DNA of 64,000 nt, taken from NCBI GenBank assembly GCA_963835575.1, contig CAWIGG010000002.1, positions 1,376,001 through 1,440,000 of the forward strand. Direction: 5' to 3'. Position 1 is the first letter of the stretch; the number at the start of each line of letters is the position of its first letter. The notes under the pieces were generated by a model that was not told where the DNA came from, did no database searches, and worked only from the letters and a program-made list of their open reading frames with translations. A program made the translations under genes and the position numbers. The stretch comes from an uncultured Spirochaetota bacterium (GTDB lineage: Bacteria; Spirochaetota; Brevinematia; Brevinematales; JAOACQ01). This document shows, piece after piece, positions 9,801 to 19,213 of the stretch.

Positions 9801-11995
9801 AACCGTTATTATCAGCCTACCAAATCGGCCTTGAAACAGGGGATGTTGAGTTCGCGGCGCATTCAATAGGAAATTATTGTTCACATGCTTTTTTTATTGG
9901 ACAAAATCTGGAATTGTTTTATCAGCAATCGATTAAGTATGGTAATATTGTGGAAAAGTTAAAACAGGAGGTTCTGCTGATATGGATGAAAATGCTTCAG
10001 CAGACTTTATTGAACTTAATGGTACATTCTCAGGACCCATGTCAATTAAAGGGCGAATGTTTTGATGAGGACAAAGTTTTACCAGTCCTCTTGAAAGCAG
10101 AAGATAGAAACATTATTTTTTCTTTATATCAAAATAAAATGATTTTGTGCTATTTTTTTCAAAATGATCAGGAGGCATTAAAATACGCCGTCGAAGCTCA
10201 AAAATATATCGATGCGATGGCAGGGCAGGTAAATCCTTTTTATTTCTATGATTCTTTAATAAGAATTAGTAATCTTGAAAAAGTTAAAAGAAATAAGCGG
10301 AAGCAGTTTTTAAAGAAAATTAAAAAGAATCAAAAAATTTTAAAAAAATGGTCTGATCATGCCCCAATGAATTTCCTGCACAAATATTACCTGGTGGAAG
10401 CGGAATTAGCGGGTTTGAAAGGGAATGACCTGAAGGCTATGGATTATTACGACAGGGCGGTCCAGGGGGCCAAACAAAATGAGTATATTAATGATGAAGC
10501 CGTCGCCAATGAACTGGCGGCCCGGTTCTATTTGAAAATAAAGAAAGAGAATATCGCCAGGCTCTATATGACAGAAGCTTACAATAACTATTACCGGTGG
10601 GGAGCTTATGCTAAATCCAAGGAACTGGAAAACAAATATCCCAATCTGATTGCCTCATTCCGGAGAGGAAAAAGAACCAGAAAAACCGATCTGGATTTAA
10701 GCATCAATGAAGCTGTACTGGAAACCCTCGACTTATCAACCATTATTAAAGCCTCAAAGGCTCTATCCAGTGAAATTGAACTGGGGCCTCTGCTCGAAAA
10801 AATCATGATGATATCCATCGAAAACGCCGGCGCTCAAAAAGGCGTCCTTATTCTCTGTAATGAAAATGATAATAAGTTTTATATCGAGGCGGAAGGTGAA
10901 ATTGATAAAAAAATTGAACCTTTTAAATCTCTCCCGGTGGAAGAAAGTAATCATTTACCTGTCTCAGTTATCAATTTTGTCGCTAAAACAATTGAAAATG
11001 TCGTTCTTGAAGATGCCTGCCGGAAAGGCCCGTTTCTGCAGGACCCTTATATTTCAAATAACCAGATTAAATCCATTCTCTGCGCGCCAATCATTGATAA
11101 AGGCAGCATAATCGGCATCATTTATCTTGAAAATAATCTGCTGAATAATGCCTTCACGCCGGAAAGGCTCGAACTCCTCCGCATTCTCTCATCTCAGGCG
11201 GCCATTTCCATTAATAATACGAGGCTGGTGGAAAGGGAAAGACAAAACGCCGCTCTGCAGAAAGAGATAGAAATGGCGCAGAAAATACAGAATTCTCTTT
11301 TACCGGCCAATATTCCGGATATAAAAAATGTTGAAATCGCTTTTAAATATGTTCCCATGACGGGTATCGGAGGCGATTTTATCAGCGTTTTCTATGATGA
11401 AAAAGGCCAGAAACTCGGGCTTTTTATCTGCGACGTTTCCGGTCATGGGGTTCCCGCCGCCCTCACGGCTTCCATGATCAGCATGGCGCTTGATTTTTTC
11501 TGGAAAAAGCAAATCGACCATCCTTCTAAAGTTTTAATGGAAATGAAAAATAACCTCAAGGAAAAAATGGGAGGTAATTTTTTTACCGCCAGCATCTGCG
11601 TTTTAAATCTGGCTGACGGAGAGCTGATCAACGCTTCCGCGGGGCATCCTCCTGTTTTTATTATCAGGAACAATAAAAATATAGAATCGGTCCAATCAAA
11701 AGGCGGCCTCATCAGCGATTTCATAGATTTAAATGTCCAGGAAACAAAAGTTAAATTGAAAAAGGGCGATATGATAATCCTTTATACCGACGGCATTACC
11801 GAAGCGGAAAATCCCGATAAAGTTCAGCTGGGAACCGATGATGAGAAATTCAAAGACTGGGTGAAAAATATCGCTGTAAAATCTTCTTCCATCTCCCAGT
11901 TCTGTCAGGACATCTTTGATAATGTTATCACATTTACGCAAAAAGAAACACTGCATGATGATTTCACCCTGCTTGCCGTAAAATATAACCGGTAA
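6839..11995 (+). CDS. Ser/Thr kinase-like / AAA ATPase / GAF / SpoIIE (PP2C) phosphatase multidomain sensor
   Basis: HRNIKPQN, YISPEQTGRMNR; Walker A GQPGIGKS and Walker B LFFDDIQWAD; GAF SILCAPI..GIIYLEN; PP2C GGDF, DVSGHG, YTDG, DDFT. Confidence 0.93.
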   Translation: MEKVLNYTLIKQIGETSKSTIYKAKKDSEDKTVIIKSLNISYPSASEIARFKQEFELVRKLDIDGIIKVIDILELNDKYYIIQEDTNYTTLKALIKNNKLGIRQFLEIAVPLSDILGSIHKNNIIHRNIKPQNILIDEKKKKVKITNFNIGNLLTHENEEIYNPFVIEETLPYISPEQTGRMNRTVDYRTDLYSLGVTFYEMLTGKTPFKSSDPMEIIHSHIAKAPPNPANIDPAIPGVISEMVIKLLSKGAEERYQNSFGLHADLQDCLHQLDNKGQIETFELAKKDVSIKFNIPQGIFGREKELSILMDAFKRISSGKSEIMLVYGQPGIGKSLLINEIHKPIVEKRGYFISGKYDQFRRDVPYSTLIQAFQSLVRQIISESREKINIWKEMLLKELGNNGRIITDVIPEVQLIIGEQKEIPVLTPEQSQKRFNIVFKNFIRVFATKEHPLVLFFDDIQWADYASLLFIKSIITDPDINYLLLIGSYRDTDVSSSHPLMLIIDQIKKEGAVVNSLSVPPLDIQYVTQLIMNFMRINENLTRKLSELIYKKTNGNPFFVNQFLKTLYDENLIELDSLKGWIWDLEKINRLQVTDNVVEMMAGKINKLPKPTQEIIKICSCIGNRFELETLSSIFGKSIEETLHDLSIAIEEGLVYLYGNLYRFYHDRIQEGAYSLISEKEKAELHYRIGKLTLKHTKKEDLKDKILYIVDQLNAGISLIASEEGKFETAQLNLQAGVKAKSAAAYESALNYLRTGIKLMGEDGWKKQYDLILSLYLEAVESAYLSTYYEEMERLSEKALKHTRSRLDEIRIYTTQINTLLAQNRLVDAIMTGLKVLRLLGVRFPIKPNILNILSGFIRTKILLAGKKIESLQDLPMMMDNNILSIMRILSSVSSAAYFSLPNFLSLIIFKSIFFSIKYGNSFISPFVYAGYGLALCSLGDIDHGYQFGKLALNLTEKIQQKEYKSKTIFTVNTFINHWKEHIRKTMEPLLSAYQIGLETGDVEFAAHSIGNYCSHAFFIGQNLELFYQQSIKYGNIVEKLKQEVLLIWMKMLQQTLLNLMVHSQDPCQLKGECFDEDKVLPVLLKAEDRNIIFSLYQNKMILCYFFQNDQEALKYAVEAQKYIDAMAGQVNPFYFYDSLIRISNLEKVKRNKRKQFLKKIKKNQKILKKWSDHAPMNFLHKYYLVEAELAGLKGNDLKAMDYYDRAVQGAKQNEYINDEAVANELAARFYLKIKKENIARLYMTEAYNNYYRWGAYAKSKELENKYPNLIASFRRGKRTRKTDLDLSINEAVLETLDLSTIIKASKALSSEIELGPLLEKIMMISIENAGAQKGVLILCNENDNKFYIEAEGEIDKKIEPFKSLPVEESNHLPVSVINFVAKTIENVVLEDACRKGPFLQDPYISNNQIKSILCAPIIDKGSIIGIIYLENNLLNNAFTPERLELLRILSSQAAISINNTRLVERERQNAALQKEIEMAQKIQNSLLPANIPDIKNVEIAFKYVPMTGIGGDFISVFYDEKGQKLGLFICDVSGHGVPAALTASMISMALDFFWKKQIDHPSKVLMEMKNNLKEKMGGNFFTASICVLNLADGELINASAGHPPVFIIRNNKNIESVQSKGGLISDFIDLNVQETKVKLKKGDMIILYTDGITEAENPDKVQLGTDDEKFKDWVKNIAVKSSSISQFCQDIFDNVITFTQKETLHDDFTLLAVKYNR

Positions 11996-12002
11996 TTATT
12001 TA

Positions 12003-12879
12003 ATTGAGTAGGAGGCGGGTTTACACCCGCCGACCTCTCACACCACCGTACGTACGGTTCCGTATACGGCGGTTCCAAAATATAATTTCTGATAAATACA
12101 AATCTTGTTCAGCATCGATACGAGTCCCATACTGTCGAATAATTTCTTAGGAAAGGCGATGTTCATATGTTTGTTGATGAAGCCTTTTAGCTGTTTTACA
12201 GTGACTCCGTCAACTCCCGCCGCCCCCTTATTGCTTACCACCCTGTGATAAGCTTCCAGCATGTTCTCGCGTTTGACCAGACGCTCTATTAAATTTGTTT
12301 CATCCGGTGTACTCCTTCTTTGACTCTCTGCACGGATACACGCGCTTTGGCTATTCTTCGGAATTCCGTCCCTATCCTTTGTCAAAGCCGGAAAGTTTCC
12401 TTCCGCTTCTGCGTAAGTTACCGTGTCAGGATTCATAGCGGTACTCCTATAGTTTGGTTCTGCCCTTCGCCTCCGGTCAAGAGGTTACTATGGCTTCTGC
12501 TGACTTCTGAAAACCCCTCTTATCACCTTTCGATGACAATAGCCAATATGTGGCAGGCTGTCAGACCTCCCCGGTAATGCGCTCGTTCCTTCACACTTAT
12601 GTCTGCCGCATCTACGTCATTGCTTTCTGTGTAAGTATCGGGCTTTAACGATAATTGCCGTCTCACCCAGCAGTGCCGCCTCTATGCGGTTTCTGTTCGT
12701 CAGACCAGTGCTTTGCCTGCAGCTTCCTTCAGATTCCGCCTCACGGCGGACACCCTTGCCGTCTGTCCCTCACCAGTTTGTCCGGCTGCCCGGAGAAGTT
12801 CACAAACTGGTGAGGGATTCCCCTTACCGGGTGCATACGGGACTTTCACCCGCAAGAACGTGCGCCCTGCCGGGCGCAC
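12003..12879 (-). mobile_element. Group IIC intron with internally deleted RT ORF
   Basis: Minus strand starts GTGCGCCCGGCAGGGCGCA at 12879; DV GAACCGCCGTATACGGAACCGTACGTACGGTGGTGTGAGAGG; DVI ending CCTACTCAAT at 12003; immediately follows a terminator hairpin. Confidence 0.92.
12038..12436 (-). pseudogene. Group II intron RT/maturase remnant, N-terminus fused in frame to the C-terminus
   Basis: RT0 segment RENMLEAYHRVVSNKGAAGVDGVTV joined to C-terminal MNIAFPKKLFDSMGLVS; no YADD; only 132 aa. Confidence 0.88.
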
Positions 12880-12880
12880 A

Positions 12881-12929
12881 ATAAGGACCGGGTTGTCAGA
12901 AATGACAGCCCGGTCCTTATTGTTTTTTT
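12881..12929. terminator. Intrinsic terminator hairpin, probably bidirectional; intron target
   Basis: ATAAGGACCGGGTTGTCA-GAAA-TGACAGCCCGGTCCTTAT followed by TGTTTTTTT on +, between convergent genes. Confidence 0.85.
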
Positions 12930-12935
12930 ATTGTG

Positions 12936-15149
12936 TTACTGGCTTAACCATCCAAAATAATATTTGTTTTCATACCCCAGAGTTTTAAACATTCCGCCAA
13001 TGACAACAGAACTGCCGTTGACTGCCACTGCATAAACCGAACTGCCCGCATTCGGGTCCCAGCTCGTGGCCGCCGCTGATGAAATATCTATGGCGGCTAT
13101 GCAGTTCCTTAACTGCGGAGTCCCGCTGCCGATATTGGTGAAATCCCCGCACACATAAAGTGTGCTTCCGCTGAGAGCCATGGACCTCACAGTGCTGCCT
13201 GCGTTGGGATTCCAAGTGGCCGGGACCGTTGATGTTGTGTACAGCGCGGCAAGCCTGTTTCTGGTTGAACCGCCGATCGTTGTAAATTGGCCGCCGATAT
13301 AGAGTATATCACCGCTTATAACGATAGAATAAACAATATCACTTGCTCCCGGGTTCCATGGCAAAATGGCCCCGGTGCTTCTGCTCAACACAGCGATTCT
13401 ATTCCTGGAAGTGCTGTTTATATATGTAAAATCGCCGCCGATGTAAACATTCGTTCCATTATACAGCGCTATTGCCCTGACAGTATTACTGACTGCCGGC
13501 GCCCATGCCGTCGGCACACCGCTGTTCAAATCGATCTGAGCAATACGGCATTTTTGAAAACCTCCCAGGCTGGTAAAAGAACCGCCCGCATAAACAAGAT
13601 TATTTGCTTCATCCACAGTTATAGTATTAACTGTATTATTCGCATTCGTCGCCCAGCCTGTATCGGGACTTCCAGTGGAAGCGTCCAGTTTTGCGATCCT
13701 GCTGATAGAAACGCCGCCTATTGTTATAAAATCACCTCCTACATAAACAGATGTTCCGCAGGAATAAATAGCATAAACATTACTATTGGCGCTGGCATTG
13801 GGATTCCAGGACAGTAAATTTCCGGAAGAATCAAAAGCGGCTAAACTATTTCTTTGATCAAAGCTTACGCTGTAAAATGTACCGCCCGCATACACCTTAC
13901 TTCCATTAAGAGCAAGGGCATAGACTGTGGAAATGGCGCTCGGATCCCAGGTATTCAAACTTCCCGTTGATGCGTCCACAGAGGCGATATAATCCCTTTC
14001 ATTTCCCCCGACGGCTGTAAAATTCCCTCCGATATACGCAGTGCCGCCGTTAATAAGTATACTTCTTATGAGGCCGTTAGCAGCCGGGTCCCATGCTGTC
14101 AACAATCCCGTTGTTGAGTCAAAAGCGGCCCCGTAACCCCTGGCCTGGTTGCTTACAGTAGTAAATGCGCCGCCTAAATAAACAATATTCCCGCTGACCG
14201 CTATGCTGCAAACATTAGAGTTGGCATTGAGTTTCCATGCGTTGAGAGTCCCGTCGGTATCAAAAGCCGCAAAATTAGTTCTCGCTATGCCGCCTATTGT
14301 ATTAAAAGTTCCTCCTACATATATTGCGCTCCCGCTGACAGCAATAGAATAAACAGAACCGCCGGCATTTGTATTCCAGGTTGTGACAAAGCTATCATTA
14401 GTATCAATCTCAGCTATATAATTCCTCGTCTGCCCGCCAACTGTTGTAAAAGTGCCGCCGGCGTAAATCGTGCTTCCGTTCAATGCGAGCGTATTCACGA
14501 TATTATTAGCATTTGGATCCCATGCTTTTACGCTGCCGGAAGCCGAATCCAGTGCGGCAAGCCTGTTTCTGGTTGTGCCGTTGATATTGGTAAAGCTTCC
14601 GCCTGCATACAGCGTATTCCCGCTCAGAACAAGAGTTTGAACTACTCCCACACCACGTGTATTCGCTATAAAAGCTGAATCAACATGTCCTGAGGAAAGG
14701 ATGTGCGCCATATTGGTCAGAAAATAATCGCTGGAGCCGTCTTTGATATAAGTAAAGTTTCCTCCAATAAACCATCCGCCGGCGCCGTCTGAAATAACAG
14801 CGCAATTTGTACCGTTCACTTTAAGATAAACAATAGTCGGCAAACCGGAAGTTGCGTCAATTTCTGAAAAGCTTCCGGTATAAGGCCCGACGCGGGTAAA
14901 AGCGCCGCCGATATACGTGTTGCCGTTTGCGGCGGTCGTTACAGCATATATATTGCTATTTGCCACATATTCCGCTCCTGAAAGTGATGAGACTATGCTG
15001 GATACACTTGAACTCCCGCCGCCGCCTGTGCTGGAAGTCCCCCCGCCGCCGCCGCCGCCCCCGCCCCCGGGCGCAGTAGAACATGAGTAAATTATGGAAA
15101 TGACCGCTATCATTCCCGCAAGCAATACTGAATTACAGATCCTATTCAT
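12936..15149 (-). CDS. Surface lipoprotein with ~50 aa beta-propeller-like repeats
   Basis: GGAGG RBS before ATG 15149; lipobox IIYSC; Gly/Ser linker; repeats YxGGxFTxxGGxxRNxxAAxD..W(D/N)PNAN. Confidence 0.8.
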   Translation of the reverse strand: MNRICNSVLLAGMIAVISIIYSCSTAPGGGGGGGGGGTSSTGGGGSSSVSSIVSSLSGAEYVANSNIYAVTTAANGNTYIGGAFTRVGPYTGSFSEIDATSGLPTIVYLKVNGTNCAVISDGAGGWFIGGNFTYIKDGSSDYFLTNMAHILSSGHVDSAFIANTRGVGVVQTLVLSGNTLYAGGSFTNINGTTRNRLAALDSASGSVKAWDPNANNIVNTLALNGSTIYAGGTFTTVGGQTRNYIAEIDTNDSFVTTWNTNAGGSVYSIAVSGSAIYVGGTFNTIGGIARTNFAAFDTDGTLNAWKLNANSNVCSIAVSGNIVYLGGAFTTVSNQARGYGAAFDSTTGLLTAWDPAANGLIRSILINGGTAYIGGNFTAVGGNERDYIASVDASTGSLNTWDPSAISTVYALALNGSKVYAGGTFYSVSFDQRNSLAAFDSSGNLLSWNPNASANSNVYAIYSCGTSVYVGGDFITIGGVSISRIAKLDASTGSPDTGWATNANNTVNTITVDEANNLVYAGGSFTSLGGFQKCRIAQIDLNSGVPTAWAPAVSNTVRAIALYNGTNVYIGGDFTYINSTSRNRIAVLSRSTGAILPWNPGASDIVYSIVISGDILYIGGQFTTIGGSTRNRLAALYTTSTVPATWNPNAGSTVRSMALSGSTLYVCGDFTNIGSGTPQLRNCIAAIDISSAAATSWDPNAGSSVYAVAVNGSSVVIGGMFKTLGYENKYYFGWLSQ

Positions 15150-15839
15150 ATATCCTCCAAATAAAATTATTTTTGACAAATACACTTTTACATATACTAC
15201 GATTTAGTGGCCTCAATTTTGATAAAATCTTAAAATATTTTTTCTTTTATAATAACAATTGAAACCTGAATTTTATTATAAATTTTATAAAAACTTTGAC
15301 TTAACAGCCTGAACTATTTATAATTAGCTCAATTTAATTTTACAGTTATTATAAATAAACAATGAATTATCTCACTTCTCAATTTTTTTTAATGCATAAA
15401 TTTTTGATTTTCTTTTCTATAAAGATAACCGGGAGGAAATATATGAAGCGGACTCGCAGTCATTGCCGATGCGATTGTTGCCTGCCTGATCGGATTCGGG
15501 ATCATTTCTAAAATTTTGCAGGAAAGCTCGAAACCGAAGGTTATTGTTTACAGCGTCGGAGCGTTAAGTTTAAAAAAAGAAAACTGCTTAATTGCAATTC
15601 TATAATATTAGAATTGAAGTATTTATTCTTTGGCGATAATATTCTTTAAATTACTTCGTCAATATTATTGAAATATAAATACGAATATGACATTATCAGC
15701 TTACCAGGGCAAAGAATACGGCTTAAAAGAGAGGTCAATAATCCAAGCCTGTTTAACAAAGCAAACACAGCGGCTGCAGGATTTTGCACAATGGCAAAAA
15801 TCCTAAAAATAATCATTTATAAAATTTCTGGAGGAACAC

Positions 15840-16241
15840 ATGCCTATTGAGCTTTCGACAATCCGCCTGGATAAATGGCTTAAAATAGCCAGGCTTTATA
15901 AAAAGAGGTCCGACGCGACAGAGGCCGTTGACGGCGGGAGCGTGAAAGTGAACGGCGAAAGGGTAAAGCCGGCAAAGCTGGTCAAAGCAGGCGATGTCCT
16001 GACTGTCAGAGTCGATACAAAATATAGAACTATCACAATAAAAAAGATTACCGATAAACCGATGAAAGCCTCACTGGCAAAAGAGCTTTATGAGGAAGAA
16101 AAGCCGCAGGGAGTCACACCCGAAATGGAGGAGATGATCCGTCTGCTTGAAAAGCAGGAAAGAAAAAACAGAAAAGACCAGAAAGGCAAACCGGATAAAA
16201 AGGACAGAAGGGCACTGAGAAAGTTCAAGTATGGAGAATAG
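15840..16241 (+). CDS. hslR: S4-domain RNA-binding protein (Hsp15-like)
   Basis: RLDKWLKIARLYKKRSDA..G.VKVNG..VKPAK; C-terminal GKPDKKDRRALRKFK. Confidence 0.85.
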   Translation: MPIELSTIRLDKWLKIARLYKKRSDATEAVDGGSVKVNGERVKPAKLVKAGDVLTVRVDTKYRTITIKKITDKPMKASLAKELYEEEKPQGVTPEMEEMIRLLEKQERKNRKDQKGKPDKKDRRALRKFKYGE

Positions 16242-16244
16242 TAA

Positions 16245-16423
16245 TCCGCTAATTCACGCGAATGAACGCGAATTGTATTTTTTATTTTGCTTAAGTAAGG
16301 CTTTTTTAGAAGACTCGGCAATACAAAAAAATATAAGTTATAGAATTATTTGTAATATATTTGAATTATTAAATAAAGCTAATTAATTAATTTCCTTGGC
16401 GTGTATTCGCGTGGATTCGCGGA
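16245..16423. repeat. Inverted pair of CCGCTAAT-CGCGAA type repeats
   Basis: TCCGCTAATTCACGCGAATGAACGCGAA (16245-16272) and GGCGTGTATTCGCGTGGATTCGCGGA (16398-16423); same family as the repeats at 57268-59617. Confidence 0.8.
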
Positions 16424-16488
16424 AGACCTAATTGCTTCTTATCTGTTTCTAATTTGAATAACAGTGACCGGCAATAAAGGATAAAGAA

Positions 16489-18042
16489 ATGCAAATACTA
16501 CAGGACAGGATAAAATTATTTTTGAGATCATCGCTTTTTATTGTTTTGATTTTTGCCCTGGTAAAACTCGTCCTTCATCTGGCGACGGCCGTCAATTACG
16601 GTTATTTTGTCGACGAGCTTTATACCATCGCCTGCGGAGAACATCTATCTTTCGGCTATGTGGACATCCCGCCGATGGCGCCGTTTTTATCGAAAATCAG
16701 CGGCCTTATGTTCGGATATTCCCTGTTCAGCATTCATATTTTTCCCGCTCTATCAGGGGCCCTGCTGATCGTTTTTACGGGATTGTTCGTGATGGAACTG
16801 GGAGGGAGCCGGTTTGCCGTGCTGCTGGCATGCCTGGCCGTTTTAACGGCCCCGGTCTGGCTTACTATGAATTCCATGCTTGCCTATGATAATTTCGACC
16901 AGCTTTTCACAATGATCTTCTTTTATCTCTTGTTAAAGCTGATCAAATCGGACAGGCCGAAAATGTTCCTCATCCTGGGAATCATCGGAGGGGTCTGTTT
17001 ATTGACAAAACTCACCCTGGCCTTTGCCGGCATAGCCCTGGCAATAGCGCTGCTTCTGACAAAAAGCAGGAAATACTATGCTTCGCCCTGGCTATGGCTC
17101 GCGCCGCTCATATCCCTTGTTATTTTTTCACCTTATCTCTTCTGGCAGTATTCCCACCAATGGCCTCTTATTGAATACCTGAACAATTATTCGCAGTACG
17201 GCACCTACCATGCCAAACCGTTGGAATATCTGGGCATGATCACGCTGATGATCAATCCCCTGACCCTCCCTCTCTGGCTTCTGGGCCTTTATTATTATTT
17301 CTTCGATGAAGAAGGTAAAAAATATTCCGAATTCGGCATTATACCGTTGTTTATGTTTATTATCCTTTTCATTATCCTGAAAGCGAAGGCCTACATGATA
17401 GTCGCGGTATTTATCCCCCTGATAGCGGGCGGATGCGCACTATTGGGAAAATGGATTCCGGACAGGAAATGGCTGTGGTTAAAAACCCTTGTCGTCTGTG
17501 TCTTTGTTTTTGTAGGCATAAAACTTCTTCCTCTTTTCATTCCGCTTTTTTCACCGGAAAAGCTGGTTCATTATTACAAGATTTTTAATAAATATACGGG
17601 CCAGGTCAAAACTGAAAACTCCGAGATTTCTGTTTTGCCGCAGACAATGGCCGACCGCTTCGGCTGGGATGAACTGGTCAGAGACATCGCGGAAGTATAC
17701 CATTCCCTTCCCGCGGAAGACCAGAAGAAATGCACGATTTTCGGAGGCAGCTATGGGGCCGCCGGAGCCGTTGACCTCATGGGCGGACAGTACGGCCTAC
17801 CGAAGGCCGTCAGCGGTCACTTGAGTTATTATATATGGGGGCCGGGCGATAATACCGGCGAGATTTTGATCACAGCCGGCGTAAAAAGCGTACAGCTCAG
17901 AAGTTTCTACGAGGAAATTACCCTGGCGAAAGAGTTTTATAATCCCTACACAATGCCCCGCAATAATGTCCCGATTTATATCTGCAGGAAGCCGAATATG
18001 AATATTCAGGAAGCCTGGAAATATATAAAAAATTATCAATGA
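16489..18042 (+). CDS. GT-C glycosyltransferase (family 39 / PMT_2-like) membrane protein
   Basis: YGYFVDELY..GYVDIPP; many TM segments; MADRFGW, YGAAGA, SGHLSYYIWG. Confidence 0.85.
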   Translation: MQILQDRIKLFLRSSLFIVLIFALVKLVLHLATAVNYGYFVDELYTIACGEHLSFGYVDIPPMAPFLSKISGLMFGYSLFSIHIFPALSGALLIVFTGLFVMELGGSRFAVLLACLAVLTAPVWLTMNSMLAYDNFDQLFTMIFFYLLLKLIKSDRPKMFLILGIIGGVCLLTKLTLAFAGIALAIALLLTKSRKYYASPWLWLAPLISLVIFSPYLFWQYSHQWPLIEYLNNYSQYGTYHAKPLEYLGMITLMINPLTLPLWLLGLYYYFFDEEGKKYSEFGIIPLFMFIILFIILKAKAYMIVAVFIPLIAGGCALLGKWIPDRKWLWLKTLVVCVFVFVGIKLLPLFIPLFSPEKLVHYYKIFNKYTGQVKTENSEISVLPQTMADRFGWDELVRDIAEVYHSLPAEDQKKCTIFGGSYGAAGAVDLMGGQYGLPKAVSGHLSYYIWGPGDNTGEILITAGVKSVQLRSFYEEITLAKEFYNPYTMPRNNVPIYICRKPNMNIQEAWKYIKNYQ

Positions 18043-18105
18043 ACTGCAGAAATCGGCGATATTTCCGCTTAAGTAATTTCCAATAATTGAAAAAGGAGAT
18101 GACTT

Positions 18106-18684
18106 TTGCGCAGTCCTATTTTATTTTTCAGTTTACTTTTTTTCGTAATTATAGTTTCATGTTCCGCAAATAAAATATCCGATGATGAAAGAAAGCAGTT
18201 ATTCACTATCGATAATATTATTAAAAACACTTCTTTCACATTCAAAAACATTCAGAAATGCGAAAATATTTCAAAAACAGAGTTCCTGTATTACATAAAT
18301 CAGATTTCTTATGACTTTGATTCATTTAAGGACAGTCATAATTCAAAATATCTCGTAATTACTTCAACACTTCAGTCCTTCCCATCCGAGTTTTCGGCTA
18401 AGAATAACATATTGACTCAAAACCTGGCATTCAAAATCGGATTCAGCCTGGCCGGTCAAAAAGTCGGATTAAAAGCCGATAATAAACTATTCACGCTCGG
18501 CGACGACAACTATCACTCATTTATTACTAGTAAGGAAAATAAAATCGGCAATTACATCATCACAAGAGCCGGTAGAAAAGTCCTGCAGATCATTATCATC
18601 GGCATTTATTTTGATGATAAAAATACGCTTGAGGATTGCGTCAGGGAAACTATAATCAACATAAAAAATGCAAATAAAAAATAA
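18106..18684 (+). CDS. Hypothetical lipoprotein
   Basis: AAGGAG RBS, hydrophobic signal with IIVSC lipobox, operon-like spacing. Confidence 0.6.
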   Translation: MRSPILFFSLLFFVIIVSCSANKISDDERKQLFTIDNIIKNTSFTFKNIQKCENISKTEFLYYINQISYDFDSFKDSHNSKYLVITSTLQSFPSEFSAKNNILTQNLAFKIGFSLAGQKVGLKADNKLFTLGDDNYHSFITSKENKIGNYIITRAGRKVLQIIIIGIYFDDKNTLEDCVRETIINIKNANKK

Positions 18685-18695
18685 AGGAGTTCTTT

Positions 18696-19178
18696 ATGGC
18701 GAAAAAAATGAGCTGGGAAGGCATCGGGCCTAAATTGGCGCTGTCTATGCTGCCCTATCTGGCTTTAGTAATCACAATTATGGTCATTTATCCGGATTTT
18801 CTGAAGATCAATTTCATACCGCAAACATATGCGAATTTGATCAGTATAATCTGGGGCGCGATAGGGATTATATTCTATATCATAACGTCCGTCACATTCT
18901 TCAGAGTGTTCTATAAGAATAAACTGATCACCACCGGCCCTTTTGCCCTTTCAAGAAACCCTATTTACGCAAGCTTCATCATTTTCTTTATTCCCGCGCT
19001 GGCTGTATATTTCCGTTCCTGGCTTCTGCTGTCAGCGGCTGTGGCCCTCTATCTCAACTTCAAGATCCTGATCAAAGAGGAAAACACCATTCTGGAGTCA
19101 ATTTTCGGGAAGGAATACCTTGATTACAAAAAGAGAGTTAATGAACTTTTACCTCTGCCTAAATTGAGGAAATCATAA
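18696..19178 (+). CDS. Isoprenylcysteine carboxylmethyltransferase / PEMT family membrane protein
   Basis: LITTGPFALSRNPIY, EE..L...FG.EY..YK.RV. Confidence 0.85.
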   Translation: MAKKMSWEGIGPKLALSMLPYLALVITIMVIYPDFLKINFIPQTYANLISIIWGAIGIIFYIITSVTFFRVFYKNKLITTGPFALSRNPIYASFIIFFIPALAVYFRSWLLLSAAVALYLNFKILIKEENTILESIFGKEYLDYKKRVNELLPLPKLRKS

Positions 19179-19213
19179 ATTATTAAAATTGATAATTATA
19201 TTATGAGAATCTC

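Noticed and set aside
15040..15072. Phase-variable G/C tract in the lipoprotein
   Set aside because: It encodes an in-frame poly-Gly linker through triplet repeats; slippage would mostly preserve the frame
15430..15570. Gene start with GGAGG RBS at about 15443
   Set aside because: The frame closes quickly; possibly a relic, but not identifiable
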